From contig NW_027266264.1 of the NCBI RefSeq assembly GCF_022045235.1, positions 35,898,001-35,962,000 of the forward strand: a DNA stretch of 64,000 nt, written 5' to 3'. The DNA comes from Haliotis cracherodii (taxonomy: Eukaryota). The translations under genes were made by a program, and so were the position numbers. Within the stretch, counting starts at the first letter, position 1, and the number at the start of each line of letters is the position of its first letter. The notes under the pieces were generated by a model. The model ran no database searches, had not been told where the DNA came from, and worked only from the letters and a program-made list of their open reading frames with translations. This document shows positions 25,764-40,252 of this stretch, in pieces.

Positions 25764-27001
25764 GATAAGCATAGGTTGCTGGGGATCTATTCTAACCCAG
25801 AATCCCAACAGGAATTTAGCAACCATGAATTAAACTACAGTATTGGTTTACTTAGCAACATATACTACTTGTGGACATGTTTACTTCTGACAGTTTCATG
25901 CAAGCGTCTTTACCCATTTGAGTGAGTTGTCAGTCCCTGCGTCTGGTAGAAAGACAGAATACCTTTTGACTGTACTAAGTATTATCTGACCCCTACACAA
26001 CATGTCCGAGTTTGCCTCTAATGTTACAAACACATAAAAAATAACTTGACTACTTAATGAAAGTGATATGACTTTCTAAATATAAACATTAGTCAGACAG
26101 AACCATTATCGGCCTTGTTTTGTTGGGGTAGTATTACCTCAGCACTTCTCATGGGCTTTACACAATGTGACTATAATATGACACAGTTATCTCATAGCAT
26201 GTGCTGCTTCAACAGCTGGGCAACAACAAAAAGCAGAAAATGTTGTCAAACATTCTTTCAGGGAAAAAACACCTCTCTATTTGATAAGAAACCATAGGGT
26301 CGAAACTACTGGCATTTATCAATGTCTGGTATGCTGCTGGTCCTACAGCAATGCTCACCTGCTGATACTACCCGTCAGAAACACAAGCTGTTCACACGGT
26401 TCTTATAAATATTACAGCTTCCGGGTACAAAACAACTTCCTGTTCATAGCTGAGACTTACAACCCAGTAACACTGTTACATTATTGAACAAAAACTGCCT
26501 GGATCCAAACTTCTATCCTTAATGAATCGGGGTTGCAAGATCAGAGTTACACCTTTCATAATCTTTGACTCATGATTTGCAATTTGGATTTACTTTATTG
26601 ACACCTTCACAGAATCAAATTTCTGGTAAAAAATACTGTTGCATATTAAAGTTACTGAAATTTGAAACTGACACATAGAACTATTTGAGCTAGCTAGCCA
26701 GCAATCTAGACATCGGAGGGAACTTGAATATCTCATCTTGCAAGTTTTATTCAACATGTTCAACCAAGCCCAAACTAACATTCCAGCACATCAAGGTTCT
26801 TAGTCCACCATACCAACTGCCAAACTGAGAATCTGGTGTCAGTGGTTACAGTTAATTCTAATCACAATAGGCCCCAAAATACTTGTGTTTCAGGCAACAA
26901 TAATATAAAATAAATATTTTAATTATGTTTAACATTGATGGCTTGTTTAGAACTTATGTTAATTATGTTTCTCAAATTTGTAGGCCCAGGCAGCGACAGT
27001 T

Positions 27002-27546
27002 CATCTTCCCAAGGCAAGAGAGTTAACTGACTATAAAAGTCCAGTTTTCACCCTTGTCAAACTAGGCTGGAATTCCAGGGCTCGATCATAGCACCACCAG
27101 TGGTTGTTATGAGGTAAGTCCCTTCTATGCCTCTCCTATGGACCAATCAGATTCCACCTCTCGTATCACTTGCATTTGCTTCAAACAAAATGGCGGTGCC
27201 AAGTCAAGACTATCTGATCGATAATCAAAATCTATATTGTGAGAAAACTGGTCTTACATCGGGAAGTGCATCAAATCACATGAGCACCTTGATTAAAAAC
27301 TTGAAAAGATTTGGAAAATATCTGTTGACAACGAGTTGGCGGTGCACATGCTGTGCAAATCCTGCAATCAACCGAATTCTGCATGACAGTTTATGAACCG
27401 GATTTCGATTTCAGTGTGCGATTTTGATTGGACTAAGCATAGACTCGTTAGTCCAGCCAAAATCTCACTCCATAATACCAGCCTAGTTCGGCAAGGATGG
27501 AAACTGGACTTTTAAAGTCAGTTAACTCCCTTGCCTCGGGAAGATG
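27002..27546. mobile_element. MITE with ~70-bp TIRs and 9-bp TSD (family B)
   Basis: catcttcccaaggcaagagagttaactgact...agtcagttaactcccttgcctcgggaagatg; flanks gcgacagtt / gtgacagtt (one CpG transition). A decayed copy lies at 37940-38362. Confidence 0.8.
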
Positions 27547-27942
27547 GTGACAGTTTTGATATTCAGTGATAATATGGCATGTAGTCAGTTGGTTTATCCG
27601 AAACACAAATATTTTCTACGGGATTTATAAGATATCCATACATAGTGACTTAAGTCCTATTACTTGATTACCTGATTACCATGATAACTCATTTTTTAGG
27701 ATTACCGGGTAATATGAATACTGCATGGTTGGGAGAGTGACGATGCTATTTACGACATATTAGACACCCCATTGGGATATTTGTACAGAAAGGATTCACT
27801 GCACTCCACTCACAGTGAGGACATGGTGGTAACATTATCCTCTGCTGTCATTTTATACCCTCTCAAATATTGTGAAAATGAAACAGAAGAAATAATCCCA
27901 GTACTGTTATGTGACAAATCTCTGTATTTGTACCACGCTGGC

Positions 27943-28400
27943 AACACAGCTGCATGACATATCATGCTGGTCATGTTCATAGACAACACAGCTGCATGAC
28001 ATGTCATGCTGGTCATGTTTATAGACAACACAGCTCAATGACATGTCATGCTGGTCATGTTTATAGACAACACAGCTGCATGACATGTCATGCTGGTCAT
28101 GTTTATAGACAACATGGCTGCATGACATGTCATGCTGGTCATGTTTATAGACAACACAGCTGCATGACATGTCATGCTGGTCATGTTCATAGACAACACA
28201 GGTGCATGACATGTCATGCTGGTCATGTTTATAGACAATACAGCTGCATGACATGTCATGCTGGTCATGTTTATAGACAACACAGCTGCATGACATGTCA
28301 TGCTGGTCATCTTAATACAGAACAAAGCTACATGACATCATGGACATGTCATGCTAGTCATGTTTATACAGCAGAACACAGCTACATGGCATGGCATGTT
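27943..28400. repeat. 42-bp minisatellite, about 10 copies, palindromic core
   Basis: Unit caacacagctGCATGACATGTCATGCtggtcatgtttataga. Confidence 0.92.
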
Positions 28401-28463
28401 GAATACAGCCATGGAACTGTGTTTAATTATTCAATTGTTTGATTGATTATATTCTATCCTTAT

Positions 28464-28884
28464 TAGGCTGGGATGGTTAATCTGATACTCGGGTTGGGTG
28501 GGTACTGAGCAGGACCCGGGTACCCACAGTTCAGACTGTTCTACCTGGACCTGTGGTTAGTCACGTGATATATCATTTAATGACAAAATGTCACTATAGC
28601 TCAGTGGTTACACTACAAGTCGCTAATGTTCGCATTTCTTTCTGACAATGCACACATTCCTTTTGACTTGTATATGCTTGAGAAAAGTTAAACCTATCGG
28701 CAACTTCAATGTTCACATGATCTGATCGTTTGATACATGTATGTAAATAGTTTTTGCCGGGGCTGTGGTAAATCAATTCCCAATCAAACAGTTTGTACCC
28801 AACTCTTGAGACCTACAATGCGTACGCAGGTAGGAAAAAGGGGTCAGGCACCCAGGAAGTAAATTTGGACTAATCCCAGCCCTA
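28464..28884. mobile_element. hAT-family MITE, 8-bp TSD
   Basis: taggctgggat...atcccagcccta; atccttat on both flanks. A related fragment lies inverted at ~20700-20815. Confidence 0.75.
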
Positions 28885-31648
28885 ATCCTTATAGTATTGA
28901 GATTACAGGAGCTTGGCTATCCAGCCCCAGACAAATTCTGCATTAAAATTATTAATTTTTGGATCTAAAATTGCTAAATTCTGGAGCAAAAATCATTTTT
29001 CCTTCAAAACTTAATACAAACTCATTTTTATTCTTTGAAACCTTTGATATGTTGCATTTATGGTTGAATATAAACATAGTATATGTGGTCATAATACCAC
29101 AAGAAAAGGAAAATCATTATTTCAAATTTTGTCTTATTGTAGGATTCATATTTTTAATGTTTAAATTGCATGTGAAACTTTGGGTATGATTCAAGAAAAA
29201 CTTCAAAGGAGAAGTTTGAAAATAATGAAAATTAAAGTATTGATTGATCAAAAAGGGCAAATTCCACCAATTTTCTACAATTCAGTGGTAAGTTACATTT
29301 TCTGCAAATCTTTCCACAATTAAAGAATAGCAGAATTCATCTGGGACTGGTTATCACCTGAGAGATATTAATAACATCGAGTACAGTATTCATGATATTT
29401 AATACTTGTCAATAGATGTCCATAAAACCACCACATCATAGTTTATAACCCAGTCACCAAATCCATCTGTATGTTATCAAGCTATGTCTTTATCACTGCT
29501 AACATAAGTACACAATGTACACATTATGAATGGTATGGGTGAAAATCGATACAAACATATTTATTTCCATAAAGTGGAGGGATTGGCAAACAAGCAAATT
29601 TTGCTTATCTGAATGCCTCTCCCAAACATGATACATATACAAATAGCAATGTATTGTAAGTGACATGAGAAATAGCATACATTGTATAATTGGCATTAAA
29701 GATAAGTATTGTTCTGTAAGTGTTTAATTACTGGATTATCTTCCATAACTACAGTTACATTATTATTTACATTCAGCCAAACAACATCGGGAAAATAGGT
29801 CAACAATATATCAAAGTTACATCATGATGATTGTATTTCAACTGATTAAACTCAAACAGGACTACCATGTTGTCACATATTTAAGCATGTTTTAAGTATC
29901 ATTCAAATAATAAATGATAACCTAATTATTTATCAATACACTTATCACAGAGATAATGTGACACATCACTAAAACTTCAATTAAACACCATGGCATATAT
30001 TTCTTTGAGACACTCCCCCCAGCGTTTAAACACAAAGATAATAATGGAGAGAATTCCATGCAAAACAAAATACCTGGGATGTAATTGAGGCCTGGCGTTT
30101 AATCAAGTCAGTACAAGTTAACAGCAAAGAGGTTTGGGTCTACTGTAAGATAGAAAAAAAACATATAACTATTTTTTTCTTGTTGAAATATCATATACAG
30201 TGTTTGAATTCAAAGGGTCTTGGTCATGCTGTCAAGTTACAAGCTGAAGATGTAAGGGCCCATACATACAAATAGCACATCAGCAAACTTCAGTACCTCT
30301 GTCAATGTCAAACCCTGATTTATTCAGAACACGTAAGTTCGAAAAAAGCTTTAACAAAATATCCCATGCTACAAGTTCTATTTCGAAATTAGACAAAGGT
30401 TACCCTGGTTACATTTCTGACATTTATTTACTAAAACATACCAAAATAAAAAACAAAATCAGCATAAAAAACTATTTACCTCAATATGTGTTCCTCAGCA
30501 AGAGCACTGACTTGGTATGTGACCACAACGTGTGGTGGTCTGTGTCACTGCTGAGAGAGGACTGATTTCCTGGTTACCCTACTTGTCTGTCCAAGTCAAA
30601 AAGATGTGGACTAGTCCAAAGTCAGCTGAGGCAGGAAGTGTATTACATGAACAGTCCTGTGACTCAACAACTGTCCTTCAGTGCGTATAGCGGCAAACTG
30701 GGTCAGTATGCATACCATACCTAAACCCACCACTGTGTCACTAGTATTGTCAAGTAAAGATATATTTAGACCTACAATGGTAAGCGTGACCCTGTGAGCA
30801 TACAAATAAATTATGTCAGTTCATCATGCTAATAAAAAGGAGAAAAAAGTCATTTGTTCCTTGCTTCCCCTAAATCTTATTCATTGTGTTGGGTCCCAGA
30901 TTAACAAGTGTGTGACATAGATCTATATCTCATACAAAGCTGAATCTGTACACCCAGAGATGATATACTTAGGTCTCTGGTACAACTCACAAAGAAGTAG
31001 GAAGACAGTTTCAAATTTACAATTCTGCTTCAGTGAAATTTAGTAATGTTTTTCTCCTGTTTGTCTTGAACACACCCCCAGTGTATTGAACAGAGTAATG
31101 GCTTCACATCTAAACATAGTATCTGGCAATCATGATTTGGGGTGCCGCTACAAAGGAATGTGTACATAAGATTTCATGTAAACAGATTTCATGTTGAAGT
31201 GAGATTGACATTATATCACGATAAGATATTTTTAACTATTCTCAAGATCAAACATAGTCTGTACGGACACGATGCTGACTTACAACTGACTACCTGTGAT
31301 AGGTATTTGATTTAATATTAATTAATACCTACCGAATACCAGTGCATGTTCCAGTACCTGTGCACATGATAATACCTACAACTACCCATTATAATGCCTG
31401 CCAACTACCAAGCATTAAAAGTTGGGCTAGCAGTCAGAAACATTTACTAGCTCTGATGAATCAGCCTTACCATATCATGTTTATTGCTTATATAATCAAA
31501 GAATGAATTGTCTGCTCTCACTTGTGTAGTAACTAACTATAATATATGGTGAAACACATCAGGGATATGTAGGAATAGGTGGATGAGTGAAGTACATCAG
31601 TGCAGGAATTCAAGTCAAAGGAAATGCACATCTAGTTTCCTGGGACAA

Positions 31649-32028
31649 TTCACTAACCACCTGGATCACATTCACTAACCACCTGGATCACATTCACTAA
31701 CCACCAGGATCACATTCACTCACATTCACTAACCACCAGGATCACATTCACTAACCACTTGGATCACATTCACTCACCACCTGGATCACATTCACTCACA
31801 TTCACTAACCACCTGGATCACATTCACTAACCACCTGGATCACATTCACTAACCACCAGGATCACATTCACTCACCACCTGGATCACATTCACTAACCAC
31901 CTGGATCACATTCACTAACCACCTGGATCACATTCACTAACCAACAGGATCACATTCACTAACCACCAGGATCACATTCACTAACCACCTGGATCACATT
32001 CACTAACCACCAGGATCACATTCACTCA
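31649..32028. repeat. 22-bp minisatellite, about 17 copies
   Basis: Unit cattcactaaccacctggatca. Confidence 0.92.
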
Positions 32029-34599
32029 CGATGAAGTAATTGTTTCTAATTAAAAAAAAATGTTAAACCATTGCTTAGGATTTTCCTGCCAGGGAAATGG
32101 TTCTAAATTTCTTTTCTTAATCATTGTGCCGAATTAATTTTTTTTAAATTCAGATGCCTACACGTTTCACTGCTTGGTATTAAGTTAAAAAATATAAACA
32201 AGATAAAAAAACAAATGTGGCCTTTATGTCCATCACTTACTTATATCACCTGTCCAAATTATTGCACTAAACACAATACTACGAACAACTTGCCCTTGAA
32301 AGGGAAAGTAAAGTCAACATTGCAACTTTGCAGATTTTAATTTTAATACTTAATACCAAAATTAAGTACGAAATCGGAAATAGTGAAAAAGAGACAATAA
32401 AATACAACACACTAAATCGTCCCCCAAACAATAACTATCCTCCAGTAAGGGGATTCCCCTTTCTGGCAGTTAATAAGGTACCCTCTGATTGACGTATTGT
32501 GCTATTTTAATGATGGGGCCTTATCTTTTCCACTGGGTACTGAGGGAACACAGAACTAACTTTGTAACTACCAGTAAGGCTCTACATTCAACATGGCACC
32601 TTCCTGCTGTCAGAAAAAGGTCACTCAGTATCCAACAAACTTTTCAAATCTATCACATGGCTGAAATATACTTATTGAGTCTATATCCCAAATATCTGCC
32701 TTGAAGGCACAGCTAAACACCAAATACCATTATCATCATTCAAAGCTATTACATAACATTGGATGCAAGATAAACAGCATCTCCATAATCAATCAACTCT
32801 TAATCTGGAGACCAGTGGTGCATGTCTAATTCCCAGGAGTGTCTACAGCTGGCCTGGGTGTTGCCTGTAGGGATAAATGACTACTGTAAAATATACGTGA
32901 TATACTCAGAAGACTGCTTCAAGGAATTAGCAAATGGTGAAACTCACTGAAGCATGGTGGTTACTGATGTGTGATAATCTCATAATGGCACAGTGTTTCT
33001 AACCAGGGAGCCTCTAAATACATGGATCCTCATACCCAAATGTGGTGAATTATGATATCTTGCTTGACCTGACTGACCCACAAAATGAGGTCACCATATT
33101 TCACCCTTGATCTGTCATTGTTTAAAAGAGGGAGTTGCATGTGATGTCACTATGGAAAGTCATTGGAAATCTCTTTGTGGGTGAGGTTTGTTTGATGACA
33201 TCATGAATACAGCATGTGTAGTGTTCAGTCACTAAAACATTAAACATTTTAAAGAAATAACAATGTAATGACTCCACTGAATAAATTCAAAGTAATTAAA
33301 TTATTGGTGCGGTTTATACTTATTTGCTTTGATTGAACAAAACAACAATAAGACTGATTCTGCAGGGAATGAGGCCTACTCATCCAAAACAACCTGCCCT
33401 GTGTTAGAGGTGTCCTCTGACATGTGTAATATGTATTACTTTTTAATAGCGTGCCGAATATGTTATTGTTATCATAATAATCAGAGAAAAAAAAATATAT
33501 ATTTCTCCAGACTAACATATCTCAAATGTGTGTTTACTTACTACATCTTGTGTAGTCAATACTTTTGTTTGAACATAACAAAGTACAAAATGGGAATAAA
33601 AACATTTCCTCAACAAGATCACATAGTAGTGAAATTAGAAGGATCTTGTTTTATGGATTCTGAGTTAAACATTTTTATTATATTACATCATATTTACACA
33701 ATTGTTTCATGAACTATTGAAACTGATCAGAAATTGGAACGGAAAAGATAGATTTAAATATGTCAAAATGTCTTCTTGTATAGCTGGAACTAGAAATTTT
33801 GCTCAGGTTTACCCTTGTTCATGAGTGCTTTCATAAGATTGTGACATGCAATGACAAAATATTGTTCAAAATTATATTAATGCAGTTTCAACCCAAATTC
33901 TTTTCTATCTCAATTGCTTTATTGTCAATGTCATTCCTTGACATATTAAAAGGGGATATGTCAAGACAAATGACATGTTTTGTAAGACATGTACTGAAGT
34001 CCTGGAAATTTGCTTCTATAATACAGGATTGTTATGACAGGACTCTTTGCTTGTCATGATTAATCAAATTTAACACTGACCATGTTGTTAATATATGACA
34101 TAACAGGAAAATACTCAAACATGTGTCTGAAGAAAATGTTTTCACATGTAATCAGTAATGAAACAACAGCTGGAGATCCATGTTTAATGTAATGGCTTCA
34201 TGGTAACACAGAAGGAAAGTTTAATATGTATTTCATAAATAGTTGTGGAACTCACCCTGCCTTCGACTTACAGCAATGTTTGTTCAAACCCATTCTAAAT
34301 TGTTTCTCACATTCACAAGCACAACCTCTTATACTATCTTAAACTGATTGCATCACATAAATAGAATATGCACGTGAGAGGTTTAAATGAATCATAGTCT
34401 AGATCGTGAGTACTGTATACAATCAAACCATTCACTGCATGCAGTGACAAATAGAACATGTTGTAACCTTCTATTTTTAGTAAAACGTGAGCTAAAAAAG
34501 TACTTAACAAAGTCATTATAGGAATAGTGGTTAGTTACCGATCGATATCATTCTCCAAATAAACGAACGTACCGTCGCTTAAATATCATATCGCCTTAC

Positions 34600-35034
34600 C
34601 TGATTGTGTGTTGTTAAAGCAAACAATACCCTGTTCATAAACTCATCCCACCAAAACTAGGAAGTGGGATTGGCGAAATAAACAGGAAGTTCTCCATAAA
34701 AAGGACAGTGCGCATGCGTGCTAATTCCTATGTTGTTTGTAAATATAATGGTATTGCGATTGATAAAATGTCGTGCATCCTTAAATCTAAGCTATTCATC
34801 GTTGATGAATAGTCATATTAAAAAATATGGTGCTTCATAATTTCGGCAATCTTCGTCAAATATTCCGTAAATATCAATGAACCAATAGGGACAAATGTTT
34901 AGATCCTGCCGACCAATCAAATGCAGGGACCGTGTTTGAAAACCTGTCAGATGCCTTCATTCGGTCACTAAACTTGCTAAGAGAGGCACAGTGAGGCGGT
35001 ATTTGGAAAGTTTCGAACAACCGCGAAACCGAAA
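34600..35034. promoter_or_regulatory. Bidirectional promoter Shc/CKS1 with putative Shc non-coding exon 1
   Basis: Minus-strand donor cag|gtaagg at 34599. ETS ggaagt twice (~34660, 34685), NRF1-type tgcgcatgcg (~34709), CCAAT boxes (~34670, 34882, 34913), CpG-richer. CKS1 ATG at 35035. Confidence 0.65.
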
Positions 35035-38000
35035 ATGTCTGCCAAACAGATATATTATTCTGACAAATATACGGACGAGGACTTCGAGTACAGGTGAGCA
35101 TGTAATAATTTACATCAACCTGTCTGAACAATACCGCTCATAACAAGCACTTGCTGCAACTTGTTTGAAAACGGCGACGGTTTTTAAATACAGGATACTC
35201 GATGAACGAATAATCATAATAAACCATAATAAATTAAATGTCTCACCAGGTAAACATATATTGCCCATATTAGAGGGGTTAAATCAGTGAAATCTGTATT
35301 CATAAAAGCAAAGTTATCTCAAACGGATGCGAGGTGTTGCATTCACACGTGACATGTGACATATCATAAACGTTTTAGCTAAATAAGACGTGTCACTGAT
35401 TACTGGAGATTTGGGAATTATATTTAGTTAGAACGTATATCTTAATCGTATCATTTATTATGACATGGTCTATCCGTAACTTCTACCACCCTGCCTCGAA
35501 TTTTATAAAATTCATAACATCTGGTTAGTTTGCAAATTTAGCCCAGGCAAATGTTGAAGATATGGTTACGGGCACAAGATCTTTCCCATTTCTTACCATA
35601 TAAGCATATGGGACAAGCACTTGGTAAGGCTGCATAGTACCGTCAAGTGCTGATGCACTGCATACTTTTTCCAGTAACAATTAGCAATGTTGGCATAGTT
35701 TTTATGAAAAAGGGGAATTATTACCATGCTCAGGGATCCAAATAACCATTGAGTAAATTACCCATTTGAATGTTTTCATCAGCTGATAGCATTCACTCTA
35801 TTTATATTCCTTTGAATTTCAGATTTGGGGTACTCATAAGTTGACATTTTAATAATAATTCTGCTTGAAATGCTGTTTCAGGCAACTTCTAATTTTCTTC
35901 TGTTCATAGTCTTTCCCATTTATCACTTGATGCATAAGCTCCCAACAGCAATATGCATCTCAGTTGTGAGACAGCACTCGAGGAAAGACACATGTACAGC
36001 CACAAGACCGTTTGCCCAAGACTAGTCTTGTGGGAATAGTGATTTTGATAAAATATTGAGTTTTTACTTGAAAGGAAGGTGGTTTATTTAAGGATTGACC
36101 GTGTATTTTTTTTCAGTTCATTGAGGTATGAATCGAAAAACCGATGTGCAAACTGTATGAATCCGCGTAGCTTGGTAGTTTGGACAATGAATATGCATGA
36201 AAGTTGCTAAATGTCCTGTGCATGACGATACATGTGAACAGAAAGGGAATTCCCTCGACTGTAATATTGGGATTCCCCAACATTCCGCAGTAATAAAAGT
36301 AGTTGGCGTGGCCTAATTTTTTACATTCATCGGGAAATGAATGCAATAACACAATGCAGAAAAATGTGGCGTTAAACAACAAACATTCTTGTGCATAATA
36401 ATGAAAATTACATTTAATCGAAAAACTTAAAACATGTATTATTCCCACTTTTCTCAGCAGCAATATGAATTTTTGTTACAGACATGTAATGCTTCCCAAA
36501 GAAATTGCCAAACTTGTGCCAAAGACTCACTTGATGTCTGAACCAGAGTGGAGAAGTATTGGTGTCCAGCAGAGCCATGGCTGGATACACTACATGAGAC
36601 ATGAACCTGGTAAGCTATAGTCCTGTAAGATTTGAAGAATTAGCAATGGGGAATTGCGGGTTGTGTCCCAAGGTAATTAACTTTGTAAGTTTAGAGTATT
36701 GGCATGAAGTATTGATGATGTGTCAAGATCCATTGTATATTGCCAAGATAAATGCTGGTTATTGTCTTGTGCAATAGTTTGGCAGAAAAGAAAACAATTT
36801 CATTAAAATCAGATCTTAGTTCTCATTATCGCTAAACAAAGATCCGAGGACATCCCATTACTGGTCTCGTCAGAACAACCTTTCATCCGACCAATCAAAG
36901 CATCCCTTACCAGATCATGAAAGTGACAGTCAGAATGTGTTTTCTAATCATGCAACCACGAAAACATTGACACGGTGTATTCCGAACAACAGTTACGGCC
37001 CATACGTCTGATTCCGTCAAAATTATTGTCTATCTCTCGCTTCTATGGGATAAACATCTGAACGGAGGAGGCGTTGCACAGTTTATGTGGGAAGCACTGC
37101 TATGCAATCTCAACCATACATTAGACATTCCAGTATGTTCGTTTGGTCAGTTTTCAAAATCTTAATCGAGAACTGCGTCAACATATTTTTCAAGCGTAGT
37201 CTGAAAAGGAAATCGCCAGGTTGAAACGAGTGCCGTAAAGTTCGAGAAAGCTGCTTTCCAGTTGGCTGATGTTGAGTTCTTGTAATTCATTTCAGTGGCT
37301 GGTCAAAGTTCACGAAAGGTCATTCTGACATGACCCATAATGGGATGTACTCAGATCATTGCTTAGCGGCAGCAAAAACCTAGATCTGATTTTAATGAGA
37401 AAACAAATTATTTGTTTTGCTTCACTTTTGTACTTGACCATACTGAAAGATTGAAAGTTAGTACCGGGGCTCAACAGTCAACACATTCCATTATTTAGCG
37501 ATATTTCAAATTTGGGCCTTTACACTTTGAAATTATCATATATTCTCTCAAGATGCATTTTCACTGAACCAATGGAGTTGAAACTTCACATGGTTATTCC
37601 CACCACTGATGACATGTGAAAAAATTCAAGAGGTTTGAGTCTGATTTCATTATGGCCACCAATGCAGGTTTTTCTCTGTAAACATCTCTAAAATTTCCAG
37701 ACTGAGAAAGCTTGACTTTGTCATGTATGGTTCTTGTGACATGTTGTGTATTTTGTAAACAATTTGAAAAAATGTATAGCATTAGAAAAACATTATGCTC
37801 CATGGAAGATTTATAAGCATTAGACTTGTTTCTAACTTTATATTTGTATATACTTTTGTTTCCAATATTTGGGCTCAAAATATAACATGTTTTATGTGAA
37901 TGTCAACATTTAGACTGTTTACATATCCATGTGAGCTACAAGGAATTCCATGGTTCGATCATAGCGCCACCACTGGCATTTTACAGCCCTTTTATGTCCC

Positions 38001-38601
38001 CATTCCACCTCCCATCACTTGCATTTGCTTCAAACAAGATGACGGCACCCTATCAAGACTATCTGATCAATAATCAAGATCTTTATTGCATTAAAACAGG
38101 TCTTACCTGGCTAAGTGCATTAAGTACTTGACCATGTTGATAAAAACATGTACAGATTGAAAAATGTTGATGCTGGCAGTACACATGCTTTGCAAATCCT
38201 GCAATTACCCAAAATCTGCACAGCAGTTGCTATCTTTACGAACTGGATGTTGGATGCATACTTGTTAGGTCAGCCAAAATATGACTCACATTACAGCCTA
38301 GTAAAAACTATTAAAAAAACTATAACTGGGTTTTTATGGTCAGTTTACTCTCTTGCATTGATGACTTGTATTTTGCTGATACCAGGAATAATATATATAG
38401 AAAGAAAAGGCTTTAAATATTCTCACATTATTGAACATTATGCTAAAATCTACTATTGTGTGCAATCCATTGAGAAATCATGGAGGGCATGTATAGAATC
38501 TTTACACTGATTTTTATCTTTGCTATTTCATCACTCATTGAACCCTTACTCTTCCAGAGCCACACATACTACTGTTCCGACGGAAACTCACCGCTGCATG
38601 A
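35035..38601 (+). CDS. CKS1: Cyclin-dependent kinases regulatory subunit
   Basis: Exons 35035-35093, 36482-36609, 38558-38601 give [82 protein letters not shown] at 39072. Confidence 0.97.
36795..37400. mobile_element. Family A MITE (opposite orientation to the 14751 copy)
   Basis: Same TIRs (cattaaaatcagatcttagttctc...tagatctgattttaatgaga). Confidence 0.75.
37940..38362. mobile_element. Decayed family B MITE
   Basis: Colinear with 27068-27546 (ggaattcca..tcgatcatagc..ttgcatttgcttcaaacaa..caagactatctgatc). Confidence 0.65.
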
Positions 38602-40252
38602 TCACACTTCATCTCCATGTTGAGCACCTACATTTGTACATACTCAATTCACCGTCATGCGATCGATCTACCTTCAATCAGATGCCGTCCCCCTTCATCC
38701 AGCATCTGTGGATCCTCCGCCACAGGCAGAATTGTTGCATTTGCTCGAGCAGCAGGGCAGTGCTATATCCCGAGTCCCGAACATTACGTTATACATATAA
38801 CCTCCACTGTGAAGTGAGCATTGACATTAAGATGCGGTTCAGTTTCAAGTGTTACCCTATAATGTGTGGACTACAGCAGGTTACAAGGTATCAGTCTCCC
38901 CAGTCTTTCATGGCATACATGTTGCAGTGAACATTGTGTTCAGAGTCATACTAGAGTGTATTATGTGTCATTCCTTCTGAGATCTTTGTTTATTGTGTAG
39001 ATACCTGTCATGTCTTTTCCTAACTCTTGCGCTCATTCTTACACTTGCTCTATTTTTCTATAAGAACTCAGAATAAATGACCTGTCTTGACTTTGATTTC
39101 TTTTGTTATTTACTTAGTTTGGTGATTTGTTCTGACCTGAAGGAAATGTGAAAACTATTCACGAGACAGAACAGAGCTGCACGCGCGCACGCACACACGC
39201 ACACACATGCTTTCAATTAACTTGCGTACAAACTTAAAGTTAGAACCGTTACATACATCTTAAACATTATTTACTTTTAAATCTCAAAATGTTGACTCAT
39301 TTGGGGGAAAACCCAATAGTGATGAATAGATGAGTGAAAAAATATTGGTTACCCAATGAAAAATGTAATAACCCAATTCAAATAGAGGTTATCACGCTTG
39401 TGTGTTTGGGGATACATAGTGTTTATTCCTAATACAGGATATTTACCATCCCCAAACACACAAGCGTGATAATCTCTTAATCATATAATGTCATTCTTTA
39501 ATTCTGTGCTTCAAAATCGCTTTCCCACTCTCACACACTTTACCGAAACATTGCGAGTTTTCCTGGAATGCGCACATTAATATTTATTTCGTCACAGGGT
39601 AAGTGATGTCAGTCGGACAGTGACAGCAGCCAATATAGTTCCAACTGAAATCTGTTTCTTATACAGTGGTGAAGCAACATATATGCAAAACAACACTTGT
39701 TTTTATTTGCCTCTCGCGGCAATCCATTGGTCTGTCCGCTAGAGTAACTGCCCTTTGTCAATGGTATTTTAACCCTAGTCTGAGACGTCACAGCCACGTT
39801 CAGACGTTGACAGTCGGTTTGTCCTGTCATAACGTTAAGAAGTGTTGTCAGATGTACACACAGTGACAAAACAAGGTAACAATTCAAACATATTTCGGCC
39901 AAATCCAACTATTTTAATTTATGGAGAATGTCTACAAGCACAGATATGGCTACTGATCCAGCTTGGCTAGGCCTCGTGCCCTGGCAATATTGTTTCGAAA
40001 TTTATTTCTCTAAAGTTGCCAAAACTTATAAAATGCCTTAGCTATGTCAGACACTGATTTTCAGTATATTAGACTCTTCATTTGATAATGATAGCAATTA
40101 TCCCTGTAGTTAATCCAAATTCCCGATGGTTAATCCTGACTCGATCGCTGAATGACAAGGGCGACAGTGAAAGTAGTCCCTACTTGACCTTTGATATTTG
40201 CATCTCTATCCGCATATGACCCGAACGGATATCATTTTTATCCAGCCGAGGG

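Noticed and set aside
27810-28442. Periodic Cys/His/Met ORFs that look metal-binding, and a CRISPR-like palindromic repeat
   Set aside because: A 42-bp tandem repeat open in several frames on both strands; no spacers, no cas genes, eukaryotic context.
28922-29349. Possible MITE (cagccccaga...tctgggactg) with a 6-bp TSD
   Set aside because: Short imperfect TIR, a mismatched TSD and a single copy in the window; insufficient support.
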